DNA of 64,000 bases, from positions 80,657 through 144,656 of the forward strand of contig JAXHVD010000012.1 in the NCBI GenBank assembly GCA_034189385.1. The letters run 5' to 3'. The notes beneath the pieces were generated by a model. It saw nothing but the letters and a program-made list of their open reading frames with translations. It was not told where the DNA came from and did no database searches. The stretch's first letter is position 1, and each line of letters begins with the position of its first letter. Positions 8,970 through 18,912 of this stretch are shown piece after piece. The stretch comes from Thermodesulfobacteriota bacterium (GTDB lineage Bacteria; Desulfobacterota; Desulfobacteria; Desulfobacterales; C00003060). A program made the translations under genes and the position numbers.

Positions 8970-9131
8970 AGAAGCTAATGGGAAGGATAAAGGAAGCGAT
9001 GAAATTCACACAGGGCAACCTGCTGAATAAGGGCGGTTGAATTGAAAAATGTGTTTTATATGAGCGTGCTGTGATATAATAAAGATAAATGCCTATAAAG
9101 AAATAAACAAAACATGAAGGAGGATAATGAC

Positions 9132-9470
9132 ATGAAGACAAGGAAGAAGTTGTTGGTCATGGCAGCTGTTTTTGGCGTAGTCGCCCTCTGTGCTGCAAGC
9201 GCCCATGCCGGGTGGAACTTGGCAACAGTCACACAGGCTGGTCCTGGATGGGGGACTACTTACCTTCGCCTGACGCAGGCATCACACCCTGGCAACCAGA
9301 ATGGGCTCTTTACTGACAAGTGGTTTAAACCGAGAACGGATTCAGTAAAAGAAATGCTAGCCACAGCATTAACCGCAAAAACCAACAATGAGCATGTCTG
9401 GTTTTTCAGTGACTTTTCAGGCACCTATCCTTACATAAAGGCACTGTACATGGGTCCGCCGCCCGAGTAG
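9132..9470 (+). CDS. Small secreted hypothetical protein
   Basis: GGAGG RBS, signal peptide ending AHA, extended -10-like TGATATAAT at 9072-9080, followed by a hairpin. Confidence 0.72.
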   Translation: MKTRKKLLVMAAVFGVVALCAASAHAGWNLATVTQAGPGWGTTYLRLTQASHPGNQNGLFTDKWFKPRTDSVKEMLATALTAKTNNEHVWFFSDFSGTYPYIKALYMGPPPE

Positions 9471-9499
9471 TAAGGCTCAAGCGTCACTGGAAAAGGACA

Positions 9500-9534
9500 G
9501 GATGGGGTAGGGAACAACCTACTCCATCCTTCTT
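9500..9534 (+). terminator. Putative intrinsic terminator
   Basis: GGATGGGGTAGG-N6-CCTACTCCATCC stem followed by TTCTT, 30 nt after the stop codon. Confidence 0.55.
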
Positions 9535-10168
9535 GACGTTCGTACTCACGCACGATCTTCGCTTTGGGGTTCCTGCCCATTGCAAGTGCAGGCTTAAACA
9601 ATTTCCCCTGAATCCAGAACAATCTGTCGCTTGCAGGAGCAAGGCGCTTTTAATCTGCACATCAGACCCTGCCCCTCGACTCGGAAATGATTTGTAAACC
9701 CCTTCCCCCTCTGCACCAACCCTCAAGACACTTTGACTCACCATAGCCTGGTGTATGAAGCTCGTGTATATCGACGGTGCTAAGTTGCCATAGGAATGAG
9801 CATGACCCAAGACGACTAAGGTCACTGCGGACAACGGATAACAATGAAGGGCAAACCGTTATCGCCCAAGAACCATTCTTGCAGGGTCGCATTCTCACTG
9901 CAAACACGTGGAGGCCGCAAAGGAAACAAAATGCCTCAGCGCTTTGCGCCTTGACCGTGCGGGGCGAACAAGCCGTAAATAGGGATGACAACCTGATTCT
10001 CACCACATATGTGCAAAAAGATTTCAGTTGGTTAGCTCAGAAACCTGCGCATTCGAACTATCTCGGACACCAATGGCTAGGGATATCTCTCTGAAATCTA
10101 TTCACTTTCAACAACACCTGTTTTCACAGGAAAACACAAAAAAACATGTTGACTATTTTTCCGGGTAT

Positions 10169-10195
10169 GTTATGAGTAGATATTCTACTCATAAC
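10169..10195. promoter_or_regulatory. Perfect palindromic operator upstream of the wHTH regulator
   Basis: GTTATGAGTAGA-TAT-TCTACTCATAAC with 12-bp arms, between TTGACT (10149-10154) and the GAGG RBS. Confidence 0.68.
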
Positions 10196-10205
10196 GAGGT
10201 CGCCG

Positions 10206-10763
10206 TTGGACAATCTATTTACAGGACTCATATCGTCAAAAACCAGGATCAAACTGCTCACCAGGTTCTTTTTCAATCCCAAGACGCGGGCATATTTGAG
10301 GGAGCTTGCCAAGGACTTTAACCTGTCCACCAACTCGGTTCGGGAAGAACTGAACCAGCTCAGTAAAACGAACCTGCTAAAATCTGAAAGAAATGGTCGC
10401 CAGGTCTATTACACTGCAAACCAGGAACATCCCTTGTTTCCCGAACTCAAGTCTATGGTCAGCAAGGTCATGGGAATTGATCAGGTGATAGATGGTATTG
10501 CAAATAGGCTGGGCGATCTGGATTTCGCCTATGTGATTGACGACTACGCTGAAGGCAAAGATACTGGAATCATTGATCTTTTGCTGGTAGGTGACGTCGA
10601 CCACTATCATCTGAATGATTTGAGCAGAAAAACTGAACGATATATCAAACGCAAAATCCGTTCCCTTGTCCTGAGTCGGGAGGAGTTTGAGAAGATGAAA
10701 CCACAGTTGCGGCAGAAACCGCAGCTCCTTGTTTGGAAAAAACAGAGCGCTGAGGAATCATAG
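10206..10763 (+). CDS. ArsR-like winged-helix regulator with a degenerate nucleotidyltransferase-like C-terminal domain
   Basis: SKTRIKLL..FF..P....YLRELA...STNSVREELNQL helix-turn-helix; C-terminal DYAEGKDTGIIDLLLVG. Confidence 0.82.
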   Translation: MDNLFTGLISSKTRIKLLTRFFFNPKTRAYLRELAKDFNLSTNSVREELNQLSKTNLLKSERNGRQVYYTANQEHPLFPELKSMVSKVMGIDQVIDGIANRLGDLDFAYVIDDYAEGKDTGIIDLLLVGDVDHYHLNDLSRKTERYIKRKIRSLVLSREEFEKMKPQLRQKPQLLVWKKQSAEES

Positions 10764-11180
10764 GGTGACGACAATAGAGGGTTGTGACCCCAGACCCATG
10801 GGGACAAGCACAGGCATTTCTCCCCAGCCAATGCTGGTCCCGTTAGACTCCAAGGTCTATCTTAAGGGGATGCCCGTACCATAACGGTGTTACGGGGCTG
10901 CGAGTTGTGAGCTGCCACGCCCGTGAGAATCCCATAGGGCTCAGCGCCCTAGATTACGCAGCAAACTCACAAGATACAACAGAATATTGTAGAATTTCAG
11001 CTTGTTATGTTGGAACAGGCCCTGTAATTGGCGGGGCGGAGCTGTGTCTGCCCAGCAGAGTCATGAATCTCCCCTTGTTCACAAGTCAGCCCATGATTTT
11101 TGGGGTTTGTTGGCTAAGAATGACTCTGCCGATGATACTGGTCGCTCGATCCTTATCCAGATGAGCGCCTGGGAAAATAG

Positions 11181-12284
11181 ATGAAAAAGAAAGCAAAGGT
11201 CTTTGTGGCTGGCCATCGAGGCCTGGTCGGCTCAGCCATCTTGAGGCAACTGGAATCAGAAGGGTACCATAATCTGGTGGTCCGCACCCGGCGAGAAGTC
11301 GACCTTGCGAACCAGCAAGAGGCTGGGGCGTTTGTCGAAGTGGAGAAGCCGGAGTACGTGTTTTCGGCAGCCGCCAGGGTAGGCGGGATCTGGGCTAACA
11401 GTGCCTATCCGGCTGAGTTCATTTATGAGAACCTTCAAATACAAATCAATGTCATCCACAGTGCTTATGTCCATGGTGTCTCGAAGCTCCTTGTTCTGGG
11501 CAGTTCCTGCATCTATCCTAGGCAATGTCCTCAACCCATGAAAGAGGAGTATCTCCTCACTCAGCCCCTTGAGCCCACCAACGAGGCCTATGCTATTGCC
11601 AAGATAGCAGGGATCAAGATGTGCCAGTTTTACCACCAACAATACGGCGCCAATTTCGTCTCCGTAATGCCGACCAATCTCTTTGGCCCAGGGGACAACT
11701 TCGATCTTACCACATCCCATGTGCTGCCAGCCTTTATCCGTAAATTCCACCTCGCCAAGCTGGCATCTCAGGGAGACTGGGAGGAAATCCAAAAAGACGA
11801 GTCACGGTTTGGAAAGATCCCGAAAGATATCATGGCCGGCCTGGTTGCCATTGCCCAGTCGCAAGGCCTGTCTATTCCAAGGTCTCTGAAGACCCAGGCC
11901 CCCGGTATGACACCTACGCCAGCCATAACCCTTTGGGGAACCGGACGTCCCCGGCGCGAGTTCTTGTACGTCGACGATCTGGCAGATGCCTGCCTGTTTG
12001 TCATGGACCATGTTGATGCGAACTGGCTGCATGGAAAGGGAATCTCCCACCTGAATATCGGGACCGGTTCGGACATCTCCATTTCTGAACTGGCCAATAT
12101 GGTCAAAGAAATCGTCGGATATGAGGGTGCCATCGCCTACGACACCAGCAAGCCGGACGGTATGCTCCAGAAGATGCTGGATGTGAACAGACTGACCTCC
12201 CTCGGATGGAAGCATCGGACGCCCCTTCGTGAAGGGATTGAAAAGAGCTACACCTGGTATCTGGCACAGACCAAGGCCGAGTAA
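11181..12284 (+). CDS. fcl: GDP-L-fucose synthase
   Basis: Motifs AGHRGLVGSA, AARVGGI, LGSSCIYP, YAIAKIAG, MPTNLFGPGDNF, WGTGRPRREFLYVDD. Confidence 0.96.
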   Translation: MKKKAKVFVAGHRGLVGSAILRQLESEGYHNLVVRTRREVDLANQQEAGAFVEVEKPEYVFSAAARVGGIWANSAYPAEFIYENLQIQINVIHSAYVHGVSKLLVLGSSCIYPRQCPQPMKEEYLLTQPLEPTNEAYAIAKIAGIKMCQFYHQQYGANFVSVMPTNLFGPGDNFDLTTSHVLPAFIRKFHLAKLASQGDWEEIQKDESRFGKIPKDIMAGLVAIAQSQGLSIPRSLKTQAPGMTPTPAITLWGTGRPRREFLYVDDLADACLFVMDHVDANWLHGKGISHLNIGTGSDISISELANMVKEIVGYEGAIAYDTSKPDGMLQKMLDVNRLTSLGWKHRTPLREGIEKSYTWYLAQTKAE

Positions 12285-12399
12285 GTCTGTATCAGGGTGC
12301 ATCTGAGGATCTAACGGCTATCTACCTACGCCCTGCTGCCCCCCCCCTCGTCGGTAAACGGAAAGCCGTGAACTGTCAACAGAATGAATTGGAGTTGCT

Positions 12400-13587
12400 A
12401 TGTCATCGAATAATGTTGCATTGATCACGGGAATTACGGGCCAGGATGGCGCCTACCTGGCCGAAATGCTCCTCAAAAAAGGCTATGAGGTCCACGGCCT
12501 CATCCGGCGTTCCAGTACCTTCAATACTGATCGCATTGATCACATCTACAGAGACCCTCACGTGCCAGATGCCAGACTCTTCTTGCACTACGGTGATCTT
12601 TCGGTATCAGGCCAAATGGCAGATCTCATCTACAACATACATCCCAGCGAGATCTATCACCTGGGGGCTCAAAGCCATGTGCGGGTCAGCTTTGACATGC
12701 CCGAATATACAGGTGATGTCACAGGCCTCGGTACGGTCAGACTCCTCGAGGCGATTAGAAAGACCGGTGTCAAAACCAGATTCTATCAGGCTTCCTCCAG
12801 TGAGATGTTTGGAAGCGCCCCAGCACCTCAGAATGAGCACACCCCTTTTGAGCCTCGTAGCCCTTATGCTGCGGCAAAGGTCTATGCTTACTGGCTCGTG
12901 AGGAACTACCGGGAAGGATACAACCTCTTTGCCAGCAACGGCATCCTCTTTAACCACGAATCCCCTCTTCGCGGTGAGACGTTTGTAACCCGCAAGATCA
13001 CACGAGCCGTGGCACGAATCAAGTATGGTTTTCAGGATTGCCTTTATCTGGGAAACCTAGACGCCAAAAGAGATTGGGGCTATGCCCCAGATTATGTGCA
13101 AGCCATGTGGCTTATGCTTCAACAAGATCGTCCCGGGGATTATGTGGTGGCTACCGGAGAATCCCATAGCGTTCGAGAATTCTGCGAGCAGGCCTTCAAA
13201 GAAGCTGAAATAAAGCTGGAATGGCACGGCTCCGGCACCTCAGAGGTGGGGATCATCGCAGGGATCAGTGGACATGAGGCCCCATCTGATGGTGATCTTC
13301 AGCCCGGCACACCGAATAGTGCGGGCTCTGGCCCCAAAATAGGTGGTGAAGTCGTGCGCATAGATCCTCGCTACTTCCGTCCCACAGAGGTCGAGTATCT
13401 TCTCGGCGACGCATCCAAGACCCAGAGGGAATTGGGATGGGAGCCAACGGTTACCTTCAAGCAACTTGTCAAGATCATGGTCAAAGCAGACATTCAAGAG
13501 CTGCAGAACCTTCGTCGTTGCCAGGACGTGATCGAGCGCATCATTCATGACCAGGGGCAAAACCCACGGACCGACTCATGTTTGTAA
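12400..13587 (+). CDS. gmd: GDP-mannose 4,6-dehydratase
   Basis: Motifs [59 protein letters not shown]. Confidence 0.97.
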   Translation: MSSNNVALITGITGQDGAYLAEMLLKKGYEVHGLIRRSSTFNTDRIDHIYRDPHVPDARLFLHYGDLSVSGQMADLIYNIHPSEIYHLGAQSHVRVSFDMPEYTGDVTGLGTVRLLEAIRKTGVKTRFYQASSSEMFGSAPAPQNEHTPFEPRSPYAAAKVYAYWLVRNYREGYNLFASNGILFNHESPLRGETFVTRKITRAVARIKYGFQDCLYLGNLDAKRDWGYAPDYVQAMWLMLQQDRPGDYVVATGESHSVREFCEQAFKEAEIKLEWHGSGTSEVGIIAGISGHEAPSDGDLQPGTPNSAGSGPKIGGEVVRIDPRYFRPTEVEYLLGDASKTQRELGWEPTVTFKQLVKIMVKADIQELQNLRRCQDVIERIIHDQGQNPRTDSCL

Positions 13588-13638
13588 CGTTGCGGCAAAA
13601 GAAGACGACTTGCCTGTTACAGATTCAGGGCTCGTGAG

Positions 13639-14482
13639 ATGAAGGATAAGGCCATTACCACCAATGCTTTGCCTTGTATTTGTCCATACTCCTGAATCAA
13701 AGCTCCGCTCGCCCGTTACCATGGCCTAGGAGATGTGGCACGATCTACTAGCTTCCCGAGAGTTGGCCTGGCGGCTAATGGTAAGGGATATCAGCGCCCA
13801 ATACCGGCAGCCGGCAGTCCCTCCTGGGAGTCTTTTGGGCCTTCTTGCCCCCCATTGCAATGGCCTTGGTCTTTGTCGTCCTGAACAGCCGCAAAGTGAT
13901 CAACATGGCTGAAACGAATATCCCCTATCCTGCCTTTGCCGTGTTCGGCACCGTTCTGTGGCAGGTCTTTGTAGACAGCCTCAACGCTCCACTAAAAGTG
14001 GTTGCCGCTGCAAAGCCTATGCTGGCCAAGATCAATTTTCCCAAAGAGGCACTCATACTCTCTGGACTGGGACAGACGCTGTTCAACCTTAGCATCAAGT
14101 TGGTGATTCTGATGGTGGTTATCATCCTTTTCAAAATACCCTTAACGTGGGGAGTCCCGCTCTCCATACTGGCTATCCTGGACTTGGTCCTTTTGGGTAC
14201 CATGTTTGGTCTCTTAATTACTCCCGTGGGAGTCCTTTATAAAAACATAGCTCAAGGCCTCTCCCTGATCACCGGCCTCTGGTTTTTCGTAACTCCCGGT
14301 TGGCCATATTCAATGCCGTAAGCCCAATTCTTGTAGGCGCGAGAGATCTCGCCACGGAGCGAGTATTGCACAGTCCCATCCCATTTTTCGTGGTCACATG
14401 TACAATGCTTGTGGTGCTTTCTATCACCTGGGTGATCTATCGGCTGGCTATTCCAATTCTGGTTGAGAGGATGAGTGCGTGA
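13639..14482 (+). pseudogene. Degraded Wzm-type ABC transporter permease
   Basis: VHTPESKLRSP...(TAG at 13727)...RELAWRLMVRDISAQYRQ, a frameshift near 13815, then PYPAF...KINFPKEAL...FVTP, then a deletion/frameshift near 14300. Confidence 0.85.
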
Positions 14483-14736
14483 GCCGTAACGAGGTCCCCA
14501 TGAAGGCAAAGAATGTCTCCAAAAACTTTTGCAGGAGACTGAAGCGAGCCCTCTGGTACGGTGCGAAGGACTTGACTTCTGAGTTGCTGGGACCCAGCAA
14601 TAGCAATGCTAAGTTGTGTGATGAGTTTCGGACGGTCAAGAGTACACTGATCAAGCTGCTGAATGGCCTGATGATATGCAAGCGGGAACTATTCCCGATT
14701 GGATGGCTGGGAGAAGCTATCGAACACTCTGATTGA
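14479..14736 (+). pseudogene. N-terminal relic of a Wzt-type ABC ATPase
   Basis: NVSKNFCRRLKRALWYGAKD...DEF joined directly to KSTLIKLLNGL (most of Walker A deleted); similarity is lost after that. Confidence 0.72.
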
Positions 14737-14743
14737 TAAAGGT

Positions 14744-15592
14744 ATGACAAAACCGGATAAAGACAACGCGACTTCGCCGTTCATCCACATTAGGGCCAGG
14801 AAGGGTTGGGAACTCATAGACTTCAGCGAGCTGAAGGAATATAGAGATTTATTCTACTTCCTTGTTCTTAGAGATATCAAAGTAAGGTACAAACAAACTG
14901 TACTCGGCGGGTTATGGGCTATCATTAGGCCTTTTTTTTCAATGGTGGTATTTACCCTTTTTTTTGGAAAACTCGCCAAGATGCCCTCAGACGGCGTTCC
15001 CTATCCTGTCTTCAATTATACTGCAATGGTAGCATGGACCTATTTCGCTGGCGCAGTTAGTGGTGCTGGAAACAGTGTCATAGGAAATGCAAATCTAATC
15101 TCCAAGGTATACTTCCCAAGACTGATCATTCCTTCATCACGAGTCCTGGCAGGCTTGCTGGACTTCTCCATTGCCTTCTTCGTACTAATAGGCATGATGC
15201 TCTATTTCCACATCTATCCCACCCCGATGATGCTTTTTGTTCCTGTTTTAGTTTTTCTGATGATTTTTAGTGCCACCGGCGTCGGTACATTTCTGGCTGC
15301 ACTAAACACCAAATACAGAGACATCAGATATACTATACCATTTCTGGTACAACTCTGGATGTTTTCATCGCCCATTGTCTATCCTGTTTCCCTAGTACCT
15401 GAGAAGTACCGCCTCTTATATGCTCTAAACCCCATGGCAGGAGTGATTGAAGGATTTAGATCTGTTTTGTTGGGAACTGTCTCATTTCCTACACATATGC
15501 TTCTGATTTCCGCAATTGTCAGCATCACCCTGTTCACACTGGGACTATTCTATTTCAAGAGGGTCGAGCGCTATTTTGCGGATATAATCTGA
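14744..15592 (+). CDS. wzm: Polysaccharide ABC exporter permease
   Basis: Motifs RDIKVRYKQTVLG, KVYFPR, YRDIRY, NPMAGVIEGFR, ERYFADII. Confidence 0.93.
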   Translation: MTKPDKDNATSPFIHIRARKGWELIDFSELKEYRDLFYFLVLRDIKVRYKQTVLGGLWAIIRPFFSMVVFTLFFGKLAKMPSDGVPYPVFNYTAMVAWTYFAGAVSGAGNSVIGNANLISKVYFPRLIIPSSRVLAGLLDFSIAFFVLIGMMLYFHIYPTPMMLFVPVLVFLMIFSATGVGTFLAALNTKYRDIRYTIPFLVQLWMFSSPIVYPVSLVPEKYRLLYALNPMAGVIEGFRSVLLGTVSFPTHMLLISAIVSITLFTLGLFYFKRVERYFADII

Positions 15593-15728
15593 CAGAATCA
15601 GACAGATGGGAGCATGAGGATCAAAAAAAGGTGGAAAAGACAACAGGAAAGATCCCTCTGTTCCACGACATGGAGATTTAGGAGAAGGCAATGGATTCTG
15701 CTCCATGCTTATTACAAGGAATTAAAAC

Positions 15729-17084
15729 ATGTCTAACGAAGTTGTAATATCCGTCCAAAATCTCTCCAAGCGCTACCGGATCGGCGCAAGAGAGAAAGCA
15801 TCCAACAACTTCCGTGAAGCTCTTGTGGATGGCTTTAAGGCCCCCATACGCAACTTCAGTCGTCTGAGAAAGCTAACTAAGTTTGAAGATAATATGAGCA
15901 CAGAAAGCCCTTTGCCCCACCCACGTTCCACTGGGGCCCCACGCTCTATGCCGTCATCAAAAAGGGATGATATCATTTGGGCCCTCAGAGACATCTCCTT
16001 CGAGGTCAAGGAAGGAGAGATTCTTGGCATTATTGGACGAAACGGGGCTGGAAAGAGCACCCTCCTTAAGATTCTCTCCCGAATCACAGAGCCAACATCG
16101 GGCGATGTGAGGCTCTTTGGAAGAGTCGCCACTTTGTTGGAAGTGGGCACCGGTTTTCATCCCGAGTTGACTGGCCGTGAGAACATTTATCTGAACGGCG
16201 CCATCCTAGGCATGAGAAAGGGAGAAATGGACCGCAAGTTTGACGAGATTGTTGACTTTGCGGAGATCGATAAATTCCTCGACACCCCGGTTAAGCGATA
16301 CTCCAGCGGCATGTATGTGCGCCTCGCCTTCGCCGTTGCCGCTCACTTGGACCCGGAAATCCTGTTAATTGATGAGGTTCTTGCTGTGGGCGATAGTGCA
16401 TTCCAAAGAAAATGTCTCGGCAAAATGGATGGTGTGGCGAAGGAAGGCCGTACAGTCATATTTGTGAGCCATAATATGGGAACAATTCGTTCGTTATGCG
16501 CGCGTTCTATTCTGCTAGTAGATGGAACCGTTGCCGCCGATAGTGCATCGCATCATGTCGTTGACATGTATTTGTCATCCTTTAATGCTCAAAATGCGCC
16601 ACAAGGAGAAGTCCGCTGGACAGAAGCCGAGCAAGCACCAGGTTGTGATGAGCTGCGGCTGCGATCTATTCGCCTCCTCACCACAACAGGGGAGGTAAAG
16701 AATACGTTTGATGTTGAGAAACCCATCCTCATCGAAATCACATACCAAACATATCGCCCCTTGTATGGCATGCGAATCGTCATCCAGCTTCGCACGCAGG
16801 AGGGGGAGATCGCCTTTGCATCCACAGATCAATGTCAACGCCCTGATAAATCAGAGCGCGGGCAATATAGAAGCACTGTCGCCATACCAGGTGGCCTTTT
16901 GAATCATATAAGATATTTTCTTCTAGTACAGATCGGCATACCTGGAGTCCGAGTCCTGGTAAGAGGCCAAGAGTATCTTGTGTTTACCTGTGTCCGCCAA
17001 AACTCCAAAAGTTCATATGTTTCAATGACATGGCCTGGAGTTCTTGCGCCCGATTTGGACTGGTCAATTGAAAAACTGGATTAG
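15729..17084 (+). CDS. wzt: Polysaccharide ABC exporter ATPase with C-terminal carbohydrate-binding (Wzt_C-like) domain
   Basis: GRNGAGKST, YSSGMYVRLAF, LIDEVLAVGD, VSH; an extra C-terminal beta domain of about 170 aa. Confidence 0.94.
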   Translation: MSNEVVISVQNLSKRYRIGAREKASNNFREALVDGFKAPIRNFSRLRKLTKFEDNMSTESPLPHPRSTGAPRSMPSSKRDDIIWALRDISFEVKEGEILGIIGRNGAGKSTLLKILSRITEPTSGDVRLFGRVATLLEVGTGFHPELTGRENIYLNGAILGMRKGEMDRKFDEIVDFAEIDKFLDTPVKRYSSGMYVRLAFAVAAHLDPEILLIDEVLAVGDSAFQRKCLGKMDGVAKEGRTVIFVSHNMGTIRSLCARSILLVDGTVAADSASHHVVDMYLSSFNAQNAPQGEVRWTEAEQAPGCDELRLRSIRLLTTTGEVKNTFDVEKPILIEITYQTYRPLYGMRIVIQLRTQEGEIAFASTDQCQRPDKSERGQYRSTVAIPGGLLNHIRYFLLVQIGIPGVRVLVRGQEYLVFTCVRQNSKSSYVSMTWPGVLAPDLDWSIEKLD

Positions 17085-17931
17085 AACAACGATACCACCT
17101 GTAGCTTTTTCAGCTTCCAGATGGATAACCACAAAGTTACAGCGAATCGAAGTCGCAGATTACCACTTCCTCAAAACATTCAAATATCGAAGTGATGACG
17201 TAGTAATCGTATCATACCCTAAATCTGGAAGTAGCTGGCTTCGGCATATTCTTACACACCTGATCATCGATATGATTCACCAAGCACCACATAACATCGA
17301 CTTCCTTTGCACACAGAGACTTGTACCTGCCCTTTCCAGCGAAGCCCAGCGCAAAGGGAAGGCCAATTATGAGGCATTACCATCGCCCCGCATAATGCGC
17401 AGCCACTCACTATATTCCAGCAGATTTCCCAAGGTTGTTTATCTCCTCCGCGACGGCCGTGACGCCTTGGTTTCCTACTACTATCACTTCAGGAAATTCC
17501 ATGGCTTTGTCGGTGGATTACATGACTTCATACAAACTATATTTAGGAGCCAACAACAGTGGAGTCAACATGTTGATTCGTGGCTATTCCTAAATCCGTC
17601 GCTGTCCAATCTTCATGTGGTCAGATATGAGGACTTGCTTCGCGACCCTTTTCCCCAGATAGACGCATTGCTAAAGTTCATCGGACTTAGCCGGACCCCT
17701 CGCCAGATCCACCGCGCACTTGAAGCATCCACTTTTGACAAAATGAGACACATCGAAGTAACTAAAGGCTTGGGATACGTTAGTGAAGGCAACCGGCAGT
17801 TGTATTTTGTCAGAAAGGGAAAGAGTGGTTCTTGGAGAGATGAATTCGGACCTGATGAGAAGGATCTCGTCAAGACAATGTATGGAACCGCGCTGATCAA
17901 AACAGGCTATGAAAAGTCTTTCCATTGGTAA
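17044..17931 (+). CDS. PAPS-dependent sulfotransferase
   Basis: 5'-PSB motif SYPKSGSSW, 3'-PB motif YLLRDGRDALVSYY, and FVRKGKSGSW. Start is uncertain (TTG 17044 or 17068) and overlaps wzt. Confidence 0.9.
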   Translation: MRPIWTGQLKNWIRTTIPPVAFSASRWITTKLQRIEVADYHFLKTFKYRSDDVVIVSYPKSGSSWLRHILTHLIIDMIHQAPHNIDFLCTQRLVPALSSEAQRKGKANYEALPSPRIMRSHSLYSSRFPKVVYLLRDGRDALVSYYYHFRKFHGFVGGLHDFIQTIFRSQQQWSQHVDSWLFLNPSLSNLHVVRYEDLLRDPFPQIDALLKFIGLSRTPRQIHRALEASTFDKMRHIEVTKGLGYVSEGNRQLYFVRKGKSGSWRDEFGPDEKDLVKTMYGTALIKTGYEKSFHW

Positions 17932-17955
17932 TAGATTGCCTTGTAGCCCTTTCTT

Positions 17956-18876
17956 TTGGAGAAATTGCTTTTGAGAACGAAGCGACCGATCGCCATTGTA
18001 ATGGGGATTACTGATGATTGGGCCTTTGCTGCTGCTACAGTGCTCGTCGCACTTCAGAGGTATAGAATAGCCCATGACTATGATCTCATTATTTATCATC
18101 ACAATCTCCGACCTAGGAATCAGCGCCTCTTAAATGAAATTCATCCCTGCTCTTTTCGAGACTATGACATAACTCTTCTCAATCCTGAGCGATTTTCGCG
18201 ACTCTCCAGGCTCACTTTTTCCCGCTACGAATGTTTCGCGCTCCTTCAGACATACTCCAAGGTCCTATGGCTTGATTCAGATATCCTGATTAAGAGCGAC
18301 ATTTCAAACCTGTTTTCTATCGATCAATCTGGAATCGCCATGTATAAACATGAACGCATCCCCATAATTGTTAGCTTTTCATCGTCAGTTTCCGGTTTTG
18401 ACATGACAAAAGACTGTTACAATTCTGGCCTTCTTCTTGTCACTGATAAGTTAGAAAACCCTCAAGAGCTCAAAGACTGGTGCTATCGTAAGACCAATGA
18501 ATGGGCAACTTCAATTATGTCCGACCAGGCCATAATCAACTTAATGCTCCAGGAGTTTGACTTGACAGTATCACACCTCGATATTACCTTCAACTGTCAC
18601 CCTGACAAAGAGTCGTGTCACACTGTAATTTTACATCCATGGGGAAACCGTAAATTTTGGGATGGAAGGATCCATCCTTTATGGGATTATTACTACTTGC
18701 AGTGGACAGCTCTAGGCGGTGATGGGCCAATAATTCGGTGGGACCCATTGCGCCGCCTCATCATTTTTCGCATGCTTTACAGGGAGCTCACCCTTCGTTG
18801 CAAATGTTATCAAAAGCTCGCTAACATTAATGCGCATTTCAGGACATTGCTTTCAAGGCTAATTACACCCAAGTGA
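17956..18876 (+). CDS. Glycosyltransferase family 8-like
   Basis: Motifs SRYECF, VLWLDSDIL, YNSGLL, DQAIIN, ILHPWG..KFW. Confidence 0.85.
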   Translation: MEKLLLRTKRPIAIVMGITDDWAFAAATVLVALQRYRIAHDYDLIIYHHNLRPRNQRLLNEIHPCSFRDYDITLLNPERFSRLSRLTFSRYECFALLQTYSKVLWLDSDILIKSDISNLFSIDQSGIAMYKHERIPIIVSFSSSVSGFDMTKDCYNSGLLLVTDKLENPQELKDWCYRKTNEWATSIMSDQAIINLMLQEFDLTVSHLDITFNCHPDKESCHTVILHPWGNRKFWDGRIHPLWDYYYLQWTALGGDGPIIRWDPLRRLIIFRMLYRELTLRCKCYQKLANINAHFRTLLSRLITPK

Positions 18877-18912
18877 CTCACTGCCACGCAATATAGCCCT
18901 TTTTCGAATGCT

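Noticed and set aside
9484..10094. Several 100-116 aa ORFs in the intergenic region
   Set aside because: They overlap on both strands, lack an RBS and show no recognisable motifs.
11055..11129. GCAGAGTCAT...ATGACTCTGC inverted repeat upstream of fcl
   Set aside because: Only 10 bp, single copy, long loop; cannot be distinguished from chance.
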